A stretch of 64,000 nucleotides of DNA from Raja brachyura (lineage: Eukaryota): NCBI GenBank assembly GCA_963514005.1, contig OY740798.1:51832001-51896000 (forward strand), given 5' to 3'. The notes under the pieces were generated by a model. It was not told where the DNA came from. It saw only the letters and a list, made by a program, of their open reading frames with translations, and made no database searches. Shown in pieces: positions 1-10,498 of this stretch. The position numbers and the translations under genes are program-made. Numbering within the stretch: position 1 is the stretch's first letter; every line of letters begins with the position of its first letter.

Positions 1-685
1 GGGCTGTGGTGAGCCCATTAGGCAACGCCCTATATTGCCACAGCTGATCCATCCAGATAAATTTTAAGAACCTTCTGTAATATTTTTTCATAGGTACGGT
101 ATAGTACGCATCCTGTAAATCAATGCATGCCATAAAGCACCCTTGTGAAATCAATGATTTGGCCGTTTCAAACGTGTCCATTTTAAAATGAGTATATGTT
201 ACAAAGTTATTCAGAGTGGTTAGATCAATAATGACTCTACAGCCTCCATCCCTCTTAGGTCTAGTAAAAATATTGGAAACAAATTCAACGGGCTCATGAA
301 CCGTTCTCTCTATGACCCCTTTCTGTTCCAACCTTAAAATTTCCTTATAGCCTACTGACTGTTCCGCAGCCGTTAGTTTGAAAGTACGACCCGGTCTATG
401 CTGAGGTGGAGGGATGTCCCCATTAATAAACTCAATACTATGGCCCTGAATATTCCGTAACACATACTCATCGCTGGTAATGTCACCCCATGCACCCGCA
501 AACAACCGCAAACGCCCACCAACATGTGGAGTTAAACAAAGAGAAAAAAGAGAACCAGATCGCCTCACCTCTGTGGTTACCGGCGGTCCCTGACACGAGT
601 GGGTGGTCGTGGAGGTGCTGGGTTGGTCTGAGGTCGTGGCGTCCTCATTTTCCACCTCGGCTTCTGCCGAGCCTGTCCTAAAAAA
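1..685 (-). CDS. DIRS ORF2 reverse transcriptase, N-terminal part (-1 frame relative to gag; not in ORF track)
   Basis: Manual translation: VGGRLRLFAGAW...FVSNIFTRPKRDGGCRVIIDLTTLN...HFKMDT...MACIDLQDAYYTVP...LKFIW...WQYRALPNGLTTA. The frame is open from 841 to the window edge. Confidence 0.92.
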
Positions 686-2310
686 GACCCCTGGGGTTGG
701 GGTGGCTGATATCGGTTTGGAGCTGGAGGGTAATTCCTGGTGGAAGTGCTGACAGACCCTCGTGAACGGCCAAGTGGGGCTTTCGAGCTTGATGGCGTGG
801 GGGCACTGTGAGAGCGCATGAGCCCCACGGTCTTGGCTTGTTCATCCAGCTCTCTGACCCTTTTGGAGAGGTCTTCGCCAAAGAGCTGACGGGGCGGCGG
901 CGGCGGCGGTGGTTTGCACAACCCTGCAAACTTAGGGTTGAGCGCTGGGCGGATGCTGTTTTTCCGAAAACCGTTTATTTCGTTTTGAGTAGCGCACAGA
1001 AGCGCCAGAGCATCCTCCTGGTCCAAATTAAGCTCCTCTCCGTCGACCGACCGCACAAAGGCAGTAATCCCGGCCATGAGGAGTTTCAGGATCCGCTGAA
1101 TTTTCAGCTCCTGCTGACGGATAGCCGCACTGATGTTGCCCCATATTGGCGTATTGACCACAGGCACGTTGAGGGAATTGCAGTTTGATGGAGCCTTGTG
1201 GCGGCTCATGGCTTGTAGTAGGACTTCCTCCTGAAGCTGGTGATTATTTAGGAAGTCCACTGTGGCTGCCAACTTCGTATTGATGGGAAGCCCCAACGAA
1301 TGAGGGGCTGCAAATTTGGTAGCCACATCGAGGAGGTCCTCCGCCGGTAATTCAGGCGGGGGTGGGATGGGGTCAACCACGGCCTCCTCGTCCTGCTGCT
1401 CCAGGCTGGTGTACGAAGCTGGTGATGAAGCCCTGTGCCTGTCGCTGCTGGATGCCTGTTGTTGTTGACCTTGTAGGAGAAGCTCCAGCAGCCGCTCCAT
1501 CCGGTCAATACGCCCTTCACCCTGAACACTCAGGTGGTCGGAGTCCTCCGGCTCTGAAAATTGGCCGGGGCTCCTGTCATCGGCCCGCACCTCGTCGAGG
1601 CCCTGCCGGTGCCGGTAGCTGTCGTCGACAGCCGCCGAGGCGAAACTGCGCGATTCCTGCACGGGCATGTTCAACCGCCTCCGTTTAGCGGGAGCGGAAG
1701 CCGTTGCCTCTATGGACAGATGCGGCATGGTGTCGGCACCAGCCGAAGCCTGGATACCTTGGGCCCGTGCAGGCTTGCCAGCTGCCCACATCGTGGACCT
1801 TGCCGACGCATGGTCTCGCCCACCCATCCATGGGGGGCTCGGCGACCGTGACGGGACCCCCAACTGACTCGTCCCGGCGTCGAAAGTTGGGGGGCGACGG
1901 CTGGACCTCACAGCTGCCCCGGGTCCCGTCCTGGAACCTGACCGCTCCCTGGCGGCAGGCAGAGCCTTAGCCCCAACAGGGTTAGGCTGCTGGGCTCCTG
2001 CCCTTCCCCTTCTCAGAGGGCTGCGTGAAACGGGCCGTGCAGCCGCACGGACCCTTCTGCTCGAAGCCGTCAGCAAGCCTGCTGACGACCTGGCTGCCAT
2101 GGCAGAGTCGTCCTGCTCTGGCGGCACACCACACTCCTCCTCGTCGGACTCCTCCGAGCTGTGGTGTGCGGGCGGGTCCGGACCTGAAAATACAGAGCTC
2201 ACCGACATCTCCGCCCTCGTTCCGGTCTGTGTTGCAGGTACCCCCGACAACTCTCGCTCCGGAACTGCTGGCCGGCGACTTCTCCTCGAACTCCGGCCTC
2301 TCCCATCCAT
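577..2310 (-). CDS. DIRS ORF1 (gag-like); likely start ATG at 2310 (MDGRGR...)
   Basis: Uninterrupted ORF with a disordered N-terminus and DIRS-gag-like C-terminus (PSNCNSLNVPVVNTPIW...LNPKFAGLC...LFGEDL). The track start at 2337 is a TTG. Confidence 0.8.
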   Translation of the reverse strand: MDGRGRSSRRSRRPAVPERELSGVPATQTGTRAEMSVSSVFSGPDPPAHHSSEESDEEECGVPPEQDDSAMAARSSAGLLTASSRRVRAAARPVSRSPLRRGRAGAQQPNPVGAKALPAARERSGSRTGPGAAVRSSRRPPTFDAGTSQLGVPSRSPSPPWMGGRDHASARSTMWAAGKPARAQGIQASAGADTMPHLSIEATASAPAKRRRLNMPVQESRSFASAAVDDSYRHRQGLDEVRADDRSPGQFSEPEDSDHLSVQGEGRIDRMERLLELLLQGQQQQASSSDRHRASSPASYTSLEQQDEEAVVDPIPPPPELPAEDLLDVATKFAAPHSLGLPINTKLAATVDFLNNHQLQEEVLLQAMSRHKAPSNCNSLNVPVVNTPIWGNISAAIRQQELKIQRILKLLMAGITAFVRSVDGEELNLDQEDALALLCATQNEINGFRKNSIRPALNPKFAGLCKPPPPPPPRQLFGEDLSKRVRELDEQAKTVGLMRSHSAPTPSSSKAPLGRSRGSVSTSTRNYPPAPNRYQPPQPQGSFLGQARQKPRWKMRTPRPQTNPAPPRPPTRVRDRR

Positions 2311-3244
2311 GTTCTTGCTGTGAAGCAAACACAACAAGAACCACCAACTTAAGGTAGCATACTTACCTGCGTGGTTCCCTTATGAAGGGCTGGCGAGGAG
2401 CTCGCTCCTCCGTCAGCCGTCGCAGCAACGCGATACGACGATATGTCGAGCATGCGCGCCGGCGGGCTCTTCACGAAGTCACTCACGTGACTCCGAAATG
2501 AAATTATGCCTACCTAAGAGATCGATCTTTTACATAGGCATAATTCTCCCATGCCTTTATTATTCATATTTAATTATTACTATGTTATAATTTTAGTCAG
2601 GGTAGGCAGTGCCTACCTTGCCTACCCTGACGGCACGTGCCTGTTGCGGTTAGCGGTGAAGTCGGGAGGAAAAATACTGTTTTTTCATACATTTTTTTGG
2701 ACCCCATTTCGCAACATGAAAAAGTTATTAAAGCCTCCCGAAAAACCAACTTTTAATATAAAAATAAACGATTTACCTTTTTTTCTCCCCTACGCAAAAT
2801 CCTTCCGGTTGTCTGTGCTCACGGCTTTTGAAGGTGATTTTTAAATTACTCTAGTTAATAAATAATTTAGAGTAATTTAAAAATACCTTCATTCATGAAA
2901 TGTCGGAGCGATTTTTCTTCCGCAACGAAATTGCCCGACATTCATTGATTATCCCTGCCTGTGGAAAAACGGCACTTTAAGCCCGCCCCCCTCTGAAAGG
3001 CGCCAAAGTCACGCACACGGGGAGCGGCAGAACTGCAGCGCTGCTCAAGGTAAGTTTTGTAACATACCTATTTACTGGTGTTTAGAATAGATGATTTGGG
3101 ATGTTCAGTTGTTTAAAATCTGCTTGGGTGAGACACTTAGTCAAAGATCACTGAAACAGGCCCTTCGGCCCAACTTGCCGTTGTCAACCAAGGTGCCCCA
3201 TCTAAACTAGTCCCACCTGCCCGTGATTGGCCCATTTCCATCAA

Positions 3245-3765
3245 TCTATGCTTTTACTAAAACTCTCATTTTGACCACTTCCGGTCTGCGTTGTAATTAA
3301 ATATGCGCAAAAACGATCCCCCATAGCGCTAACATTTTTCGCCACCTTACTCACCGTTCTCCTCTGCTGCAAGTCAAATAAGTTTTGTCCCGATCGGTGA
3401 AATATTATAAAAGTTATTGGTCTGTTATTCGCCAGGACGGCGACACCCCTTCCGGCACCCACTGTCAATCACCGGCCGCGAGAATAAAGCTGAGGGAGCG
3501 TTGTGAGCAGAGTGCGAGCTGTGTTCTGTGTTCTACGAGCGGGGGACCACACCACCCCTTCCCACATACACCCCCTCCCCTATCCCCACAACCCCCTCTC
3601 CTCTGCACACCCCCCTCCCCTACACCCCACCTTCCCCTCAACCACCCCCTCCCCCACACTCCCTCCTACCACACACGCCCCTCCTCCCTATCAACCACCC
3701 CCATCCACACACCACCCCTACTCCCACCCCCACCATCCCCCCTACCCCCCCCCCCCCCCCCCACC
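3245..3765 (+). mobile_element. Possible Helitron-like 5' fragment followed by a C-rich tract (present in every monomer)
   Basis: Begins A|TCTAT...ACTAAAACTCTC and is absent from the older homologous segment at 37480-37620. No 3' hairpin-CTAG end was seen. Confidence 0.35.
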
Positions 3766-3767
3766 CA

Positions 3768-4182
3768 TGAGGTTGGAGGAGGTGCAGGTGAACCTCTGCC
3801 TCAGCTGGAAAGACTGCTTGGGTCCTTGGATGGAGTCGAGGGGGGAGGTAAAGCGACATTTGTAGCATTTCCTGTGGTTGCAAGGGAAAGTACCAGAGGA
3901 AGGGGGTGATTTGTGTGGGAAGGGACGAATTGACCAGGGAATTGGTTCAGGTAGTCCTTGCTTTCGCCATCCTTCCCGTCCCCTTCACAGCTCTCCCACA
4001 GCCTACTCTCTCTGCCTCTTCCTTTTTTTCCCCTCCCCACCGCCCCACATCAGTGTGAAGAAGGTCTCGACCCGAAACGTCCCCTATTCCTTCGCTCCAT
4101 AGATGTTGCCTCACCCGCTGAGTTTCTCCAGCATTTTTGTCTACCGTCGGTTTTTCCAGCATCTGCAGTTCCTTCTTAAACA
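3768..4182. mobile_element. Penelope-like fragment with internal inversion (complete in full monomers, truncated in the short units)
   Basis: 3768-3945 is antisense and 3946-4182 sense to the GIY-YIG-bearing Penelope copy at 62373-63055. Confidence 0.8.
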
Positions 4183-4215
4183 TCAGGTTTAATTAAGTTC
4201 TTTTTTATTCTGCAG

Positions 4216-4260
4216 GTTTTGGCAAAATAGAAAATGTTGTCAATGAAAATGTCGATAAAG
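4216..4260 (+). CDS. 45-nt phase-1 micro-exon, copy 1 (GFGKIENVVNENVDK)
   Basis: TTCTTTTTTATTCTGCAG acceptor and AAG/GTAAAA donor. Only phase 1 is stop-free, matching the phase of the terminal Ig exon. Confidence 0.72.
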
Positions 4261-4369
4261 GTAAAAGTCTTCATTTCCAATAGTTACTGTATTTTGAATG
4301 TTTGCTTCAAGTAGAAATTTAGATCATTACACATGATCCAAATGTTCTCAAAACACAAAGCATCTGGGT

Positions 4370-5685
4370 ATTCAATTATCTGGATATTCAAATTACTAGA
4401 AAATATAAATCTTTATTCAATGCAAACTATATGCCCTTACTTACTAAATTAAATGCTTTGATTACATTTTGGAAACACTATTGATGTCTTTAATAGGCAG
4501 AATAAATGCCATAAAAATGATTTTTCTGCCACAAATCTTATATCTATTTCAATCAATACCAATATATTGACCTAAATTTTTTTTAAAAACTTGACTCTGA
4601 TATCACATAGAAACATAGAAATTAGGTGCAGGAGTAGGCACCTTCGAGCCTGCACCGCCATTCAATATGATCATGGCTGATCATCCAACTACCTGCCTTC
4701 TCTCCATACCCCCTGATCCCCTTAGCCACAAGGGCCACATCTAACTCCCTCTTAAATATAGCCAATGAACTGGCCTCAACTACCCTCTGTGGCAGAGAGT
4801 TCCAGAGACACACCACTCTCTGTGTGAAAAAAGTCCTTCTCATCTCGGTCCTAAAGGATTTCCCCCTTATCCTTAAGCTGTGACCCCTTGTCCTGGACCT
4901 CCCCAACATCGGGAACAATCTTCCTGCATCTGGCCTGTCCAACCCCTTAAGAATTTTGTAAGTTTTTATAAGATCCCCTCTCAATCTCCTAAATTCTAGA
5001 GAGTATAAACCGAGTTTATACAGTCTTTGTTCATAAGACAGTCCTGACATCCCAGGAATCAGTCTGGTGAACCTTCTCTGCACTCCCTCTATGGCAATAA
5101 TGTCCTTCCTCAGATTTGGAGACCAGAACTGTACGCAATACTCCAGGTGTGGCCTCACCAAGACCCTATACAACTGAAGTAGAACCTCCCTGCTCCTATA
5201 CTCAAATCCTTTTGCTATGAAGCTATCACAATGATATCGCTATGATTGCTATCACAAATTTCATATGGGACTATAAGTACTTGTTGGACAATTCTGCCCA
5301 GCAGGTAGATTGGATAGCAATGGAGAGAGAGGACTGCTCTCCTTTTAATATAGGAGCGATCCTTCTCTCACCAATACAACTGAATAATATAATATACAAG
5401 AAAAATCCAATTATTCATCGTACAATACGAACGAGGAGACAAATAAAATCAACTTTCAAATTAAGAAATCTATCACGTCGCTCTCCTATTGTTAATAATC
5501 CGTCGTTTAAACCATCTACTGTCAATAAAATGTTTACACACTGGGAAAGAATAGAAATATTTTTTACAAAAGTATTTAAAACAGAAAAGAACCCCAATGC
5601 AGAATTGATTATCTTTGGAACAATGGAGACCGGCTCTGAGCTGACTTCGTTCCAAGAGAGTTTCCTTAACTATGGCTTAATAACG
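4370..5685 (+). mobile_element. L1/Tx1-like LINE ORF2 3' fragment, internally deleted (every full monomer); native 3' end retained only at ~36470-37470
   Basis: Peptides QILYLFQSIPIY..FFKKLDSDITNFIWDYK and DWIAMEREDCSPFNIGAILLSP...NPIIHRTIRT. The terminal copy continues ...FLKIWSPFIDLLQ. Confidence 0.75.
4608..5222 (-). mobile_element. CR1 LINE 3' fragment in monomer A (also ~12041-12655, ~19461-20075, ~26899-27513)
   Basis: LVRPHLEYCVQFWSP...RRLRGDLI...TRGH...RVVCLWNSLP; (ATAGAAAC)n tail; TATCACA duplicated on both sides; empty site present in monomer B. Confidence 0.93.
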
Positions 5686-5686
5686 A

Positions 5687-5860
5687 GAGGACAAGTTGGT
5701 CCAAAGGGCCTGTTTCCACACTGTATGACTACGACTCTGTCTTTGGGATGTAGGAAGAAACCCGCACGTTCACAGGGGGGGAACGTGCAAACGCCACACA
5801 GACAGCACCCGCTGGTCAGGATCGAAACCGGGTCTCTGGCGCCGCGCCACTGCGCCGACC
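5687..5860. mobile_element. tRNA-derived SINE fragments at the monomer junction
   Basis: AAGGGCCTGTTTCC tail followed by an antisense SINE head (GGTCAGGATCGAAACCGGGTCTCTGGCG). Confidence 0.7.
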
Positions 5861-7112
5861 CTTTCACTTCAAACTTTACACTAGATTTATTTGATTGTCT
5901 CTTTCACAACAAAGTTTCACGTTGAATAAATTAGTTTTATTTTTTTACTGGTGTTGAGAATAGATGATTTGGGATGTTCAGTTGTTTAAAATCAGCTTGG
6001 GTGAGACACTTAGTCAAAGATCACTGAAACAGGCCCTTCGGCCCAACTTGCCGTTGTCAACCAAGGTGCCCCATCTAAACTAGTCCCACCTGCCCGTGAT
6101 TGGCCCATTTCCATCAATCTATGCTTTTACTAAAACTCTCATCTTGACCACTTCCGGTCTGCGTTGTTATTAAATATGCGCAAAAACGATCCCCCATAGC
6201 GCTAACATTTTTCGCCACCTTACTCACCGTTCTCCTCTGCTGCAAGTCAAATAAGTTTTGTCCCGATCGGTGAAATATTATAAAAGTTATTGGTCTGTTA
6301 TTCGCCAGGAAGGCGACACCCCTTCCGGCACCTGCTGTCAATCACCGGCCGCGAGAATAAAGCTGAGGGAGCGTTGTGAGCAGAGTGCGAGCTGTGTTCT
6401 GTGTTCTACGAGCGGGGGCCCACACCACCCCTTCCCACATACACCCCCTCCCCTATCCTCACAACCCCCTCTCCTCTGCACCCCCCCACACCCCCCTCCC
6501 CTACACCCCACCTTCCCCTCAACCACCCCCTCCCCCACACTCCCTCCTACCACACACGCCCCTCCTCCCTACCAACCGCCCCTATTCACAAACCTCCCCT
6601 ACTCCCACCCCCACCATCCCCGTCTCCCCGTCCACCCCCCCCCCCCCCCCCCCCCCCCCACCCATGAGGTTGGAGGAGGTGCAGGTGAACCTCTGCCTCA
6701 GCTGGAAAGACTGCTTGGGTCCTTGGATGGAGTCGAGGGGGGAGGTAAAGCGACATTTGTAGCATTTCCTGTGGTTGCAAGGGAAAGTACCAGAGGAAGG
6801 GGGTGATTTGTGTGGGAAGGGACGAATTGACCAGGGAATTGGTTCAGGTAGTCCTTGCTTTCGCCATCCTTCCCGTCCCCTTCACAGCTCTCCCACAGCC
6901 TACTCTCTCTGCCTCTTCCTTTTTTTCCCCTCCCCACCGCCCCACATCAGTGTGAAGAAGGTCTCGACCCGAAACGTCCCCTATTCCTTCGCTCCATAGA
7001 TGTTGCCTCACCCGCTGAGTTTCTCCAGCATTTTTGTCTACCGTCGGTTTTTCCAGCATCTGCAGTTCCTTCTTAAACATCAGGTTTAATTAAGCTCTTT
7101 TTTATTCTGCAG

Positions 7113-7157
7113 GTTTTGGCAAAATAGAAAATGTTGTCAATGAAAATGTCGATAAAG
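7113..7157 (+). CDS. 45-nt micro-exon, copy 2
   Basis: Identical exon and splice sites. Confidence 0.7.
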
Positions 7158-8199
7158 GTAAAAGTCTTCATTTCCAATAGTTACTGTATTTTGAATGTTT
7201 GCTTCAAGTAGAAATTTAGATCATTACACATGATCCAAATGTTCTCAAAACACAAAGCATCTGGGTATTCAATTATCTGGATATTCAAATTACTAGAAAA
7301 TATAAATCTTTATTCAATGCAAACTATATGCCCTTACTTACTAAATTAAATGCTTTGATTACATTTTGGAAACACTATTGATGTCTTTAATAGGCAGAAT
7401 AAATGCCATAAAAATGATTTTTCTGCCACAAATCTTATATCTATTTCAATCAATACCAATATATTGACCTACATTTTTTTTTTAAACTTGACTCTGATAT
7501 CACAAATTTCATATGGGACTATAAGTACTTGTTGGACAATTCTGCCCAGCAGGTAGATTGGATAGCAATGGAGAGAGAGGACTGCTCTCCTTTTAATATA
7601 GGAGCGATCCTTCTCTCACCGATAAAACTGAATAATATAATATACAAGAAAAATCCAATTATTCATCGTACAATACGAACGAGGAGACAAATAAAATCAA
7701 CTTTCAAATTAAGAAATCTATCACGTCGCTCTCCTATTGTTAATAATCCGCCGTTTAAACCATCTACTGTCAATAAAATGTTTACACACTGGGAAAGAAT
7801 AGAAATATTTTTTACAAAAGTATTTAAAACAGAAAAGACCCCCATTGCAGAATTGATTATCTTTGGAACAATGGAGACCGGCTCTGAGCTGACTTTGTTC
7901 CAAGAGAGTTTCCTTAACTATGGCTTAATAACGAGAGGACAAGTTGGTCCAAAGGGCCTGTTTCCACACTGTATGACTACGACTCTGTCTTTGGGATGTA
8001 GGAAGAAACCCGCACGTTCACAGGGGGGGGAACGTGCAAACGCCACACAGACATCACCCGGTGGTCAGGATCGAAACCGGGTCTCTGGCGCTGCGCCGCT
8101 GCGCCGACCCTTTCACTTCAAACTTTACACTAGATTTATTTCATTGTCTCATTCACAACAAAGTTTCACGTTGAATAAATTAGTTTTATTTTTTTACTG

Positions 8200-10498
8200 T
8201 AGCAATGTTACAAAATTTTGAGATTTTAAAAATCAAGTCTGCAATTTATCCCATCAGATAAAGCATAAAAAGAAGTTGAATTTGACACCTAATTCACTTT
8301 CATATCTTCAGTATTAAGAAAATTATGGCCATTTTCATACTCGGAAATTAGCATCTTGTTCCCCATTGCCTTTCAATTGACTTAACTCAAAAGCTGTGAT
8401 CTGGAACAGTTAAAAGCCCATAACTTTCTTAAAAATTAAGAAAAGCAATGAAATTTTCAGTTATTATAGATTGAAGCATTCTGAAACAAATATTAAACAA
8501 TCTTACTTGGATGACCTGAAATTAAAGCATATAATTAGTTAGTTATCTAATTGTAGCTAATTACAAAATTCAATGAGTAGATCTAAACATTTATCCATTT
8601 CTTAAGAAAAGAAAAACTTTTTTTAAATTGCCTAAGTGTCCAAATAACATTCACACAATAATCCACAATATAACATAATTTTTAAATCTCATTTTCATGA
8701 ATTTCTGGGCCAAATGGAAGGAATTTAGTGTTTGATTCCTGTAAATTAATGGCCATTTAAATCAACTAGCGAGTGGGTTTTAGTGGAATGCGGTGAATTG
8801 GAACGTTGCGGTTCAGGCACGTGCCGTGAGTAATTACTCAGGGTAGGCACTCGTCCGCTTTGAAAAAAAAATTAAACCACGCATGCGCAATTTGTTCTCC
8901 CCGTTAAATAAATAAATAAATAAAAACGGTGACATTTCAATTTGCCCAAGGCTTCCTAGTCCTAGACCAATTGGGGAACAGTTCCTTTCACAGCGTGTGG
9001 AGAGTCTGTGCCAGGGGTAAAGTTGTGGGGAGGGCACGAGTATTGAGAAGGAGGGTGTCGGGGATACTGCCAGTAACTCACTCACCGCTACCGCAGCTCT
9101 CCGGGCGCGAAGCCACGCACTGTAGCTGGGGATAGAAGCAGCTCGGGGAGCTACGAGCGGCCACCGGGACCTGACAGCAGAACTGGCCGCCACTTCAGCG
9201 CCTTCTGCCGGCCCGCTCACCTTTGGCAGTGCTCTCCGTCGGAACACCTGTCACCTGCCGTTCGCCGACTTCGCTCATGTCAGCGGCTTCCTGCAAATCC
9301 TTAAATTCGCACAGCCCAGTAACCTCAATCGCGCTGTCGGAATTTAAGGACATGAGTGAGGCCAGCGAGCGGCAGGAGAGAGGTTTTTAGACGGAGAGCT
9401 GCCTGAGGTGAGCGACTGGCAGAAGGAGCTAAGGTGGCGGCTGGTTCCGCTGTCCGGCCCGGCGGCCGCTCAGCCACCCGAGCTAATTCTCTCTCTTCTC
9501 CCCCCCCCCCCGGCCTCAGAGCGGTGGCATCCCACGCCTCCGTGCAAGGAGCATCGCAAGTGGATGCTCCCGACCCCTCATTCATAACATTCGTGCCCTC
9601 CCCGCAACTTTACCCCGGGCCAGACTCCCCAAACGCTGTGAAAGAAGCGCTCCCCCCACCCACACACCCCGGGAAATACGGTATTTAAAAACGTAAACAC
9701 AAAATGTACTTACCACATTATTGGTACACGACAAACCATAGATGAAAACCCCGCCAAGAAACTTGCGCTGCGCATACGCATCAGTCTACTGCGCATGCGC
9801 AGTGCAGCAAAGGCAGAATTTCTGCTGCCTTCAGCCCTGCTTGAAACTGACGGCTTCAGGCAGTGCTGACGGCACGTGGGCTGCACAGAGCTTCCCGTGT
9901 TACAAGCGCTGCGGATGAAAGGCACGGAGAATTATGCCTACCTAAGAGATCGATCTTTTACATAGGCATAATTCTCCCATGCCTTTATTATTCATATTTA
10001 ATTATTACTATGTTATAATTTTAGTCAGGGTAGGCAGTGCCTACCTTGCCTACCCTGACGGCACGTGCCTGTTGCGGTTAGCGGTGAAGTCGGGAGGAAA
10101 AATACTGTTTTTTCATACATTTTTTTGGACCCCATTTCGCAACATGAAAAAGTTATTAAAGCCTCCCGAAAAACCAACTTTTAATATAAAAATAAACGAT
10201 TTACCTTTTTTTCTCCCCTACGCAAAATCCTTCCGGTTGTCTGTGCTCACGGCTTTTGAAGGTGATTTTTAAATTACTCTAGTTAATAAATAATTTAGAG
10301 TAATTTAAAAACACCTTCATTCATGAAATGTCGGAGCGATTTTTCTTCCGCAACGAAATTGCCCGACATTCATTGATTATCCCTGCCTGTGGAAAAACGG
10401 CACTTTAAGCCCGCCCCCCTCTGAAAGGCGCCAAAGTCACGCACACGGGGAGCGGCAGAACTGCAGCGCTGCTCAAGGTAAGTTTTGTAACATACCTA
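8200..10498. mobile_element. Non-autonomous TIR DNA element (~1.0 kb plus nested hAT); also 15623-17919, 23053-25352, 30486-32784 and a partial copy ending at 3070
   Basis: TAGCAATGTTACAAAA...TTTTGTAACATACCTA termini; TTTACTG duplicated; empty site at ~5940-5955. Confidence 0.8.
8814..10071. mobile_element. Non-autonomous hAT element; also 16237-17492, 23667-24925, 31100-32357 and a partial copy ending at 2643
   Basis: Perfect 14-bp TIRs CAGGCACGTGCCGT/ACGGCACGTGCCTG with an 8-bp TSD TTGCGGTT. Confidence 0.9.

Larger units (their letters stand above)
1..2504 (-). mobile_element. DIRS1-like tyrosine-recombinase retrotransposon, 5' half (continues beyond left edge)
   Basis: Long gag-like ORF plus overlapping RT frame. 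The terminus (...CTTCACGAAGTCACTCACGTGACTCCGAA) matches the ICR/ITR of a related DIRS 3' end at 38641-38980. Junction with array sequence at AAT 2502-2504. Confidence 0.92.

Noticed and set aside
3385-3909. Proline/His-rich ORFs repeated in every monomer (extensin- or formin-like appearance)
   Set aside because: They are translations of C-rich low-complexity DNA; the frame changes between copies with poly-C length and runs into antisense Penelope.
4622-5173. 183-aa ORF identical in four copies, suggesting selection
   Set aside because: It is a 5'-truncated CR1 C-terminus; identity reflects recent array amplification.
5242-5925. 227-230-aa ORFs as a tandem host gene family
   Set aside because: They are chimeras of deleted L1 ORF2 and SINE sequence with copy-specific C-termini.
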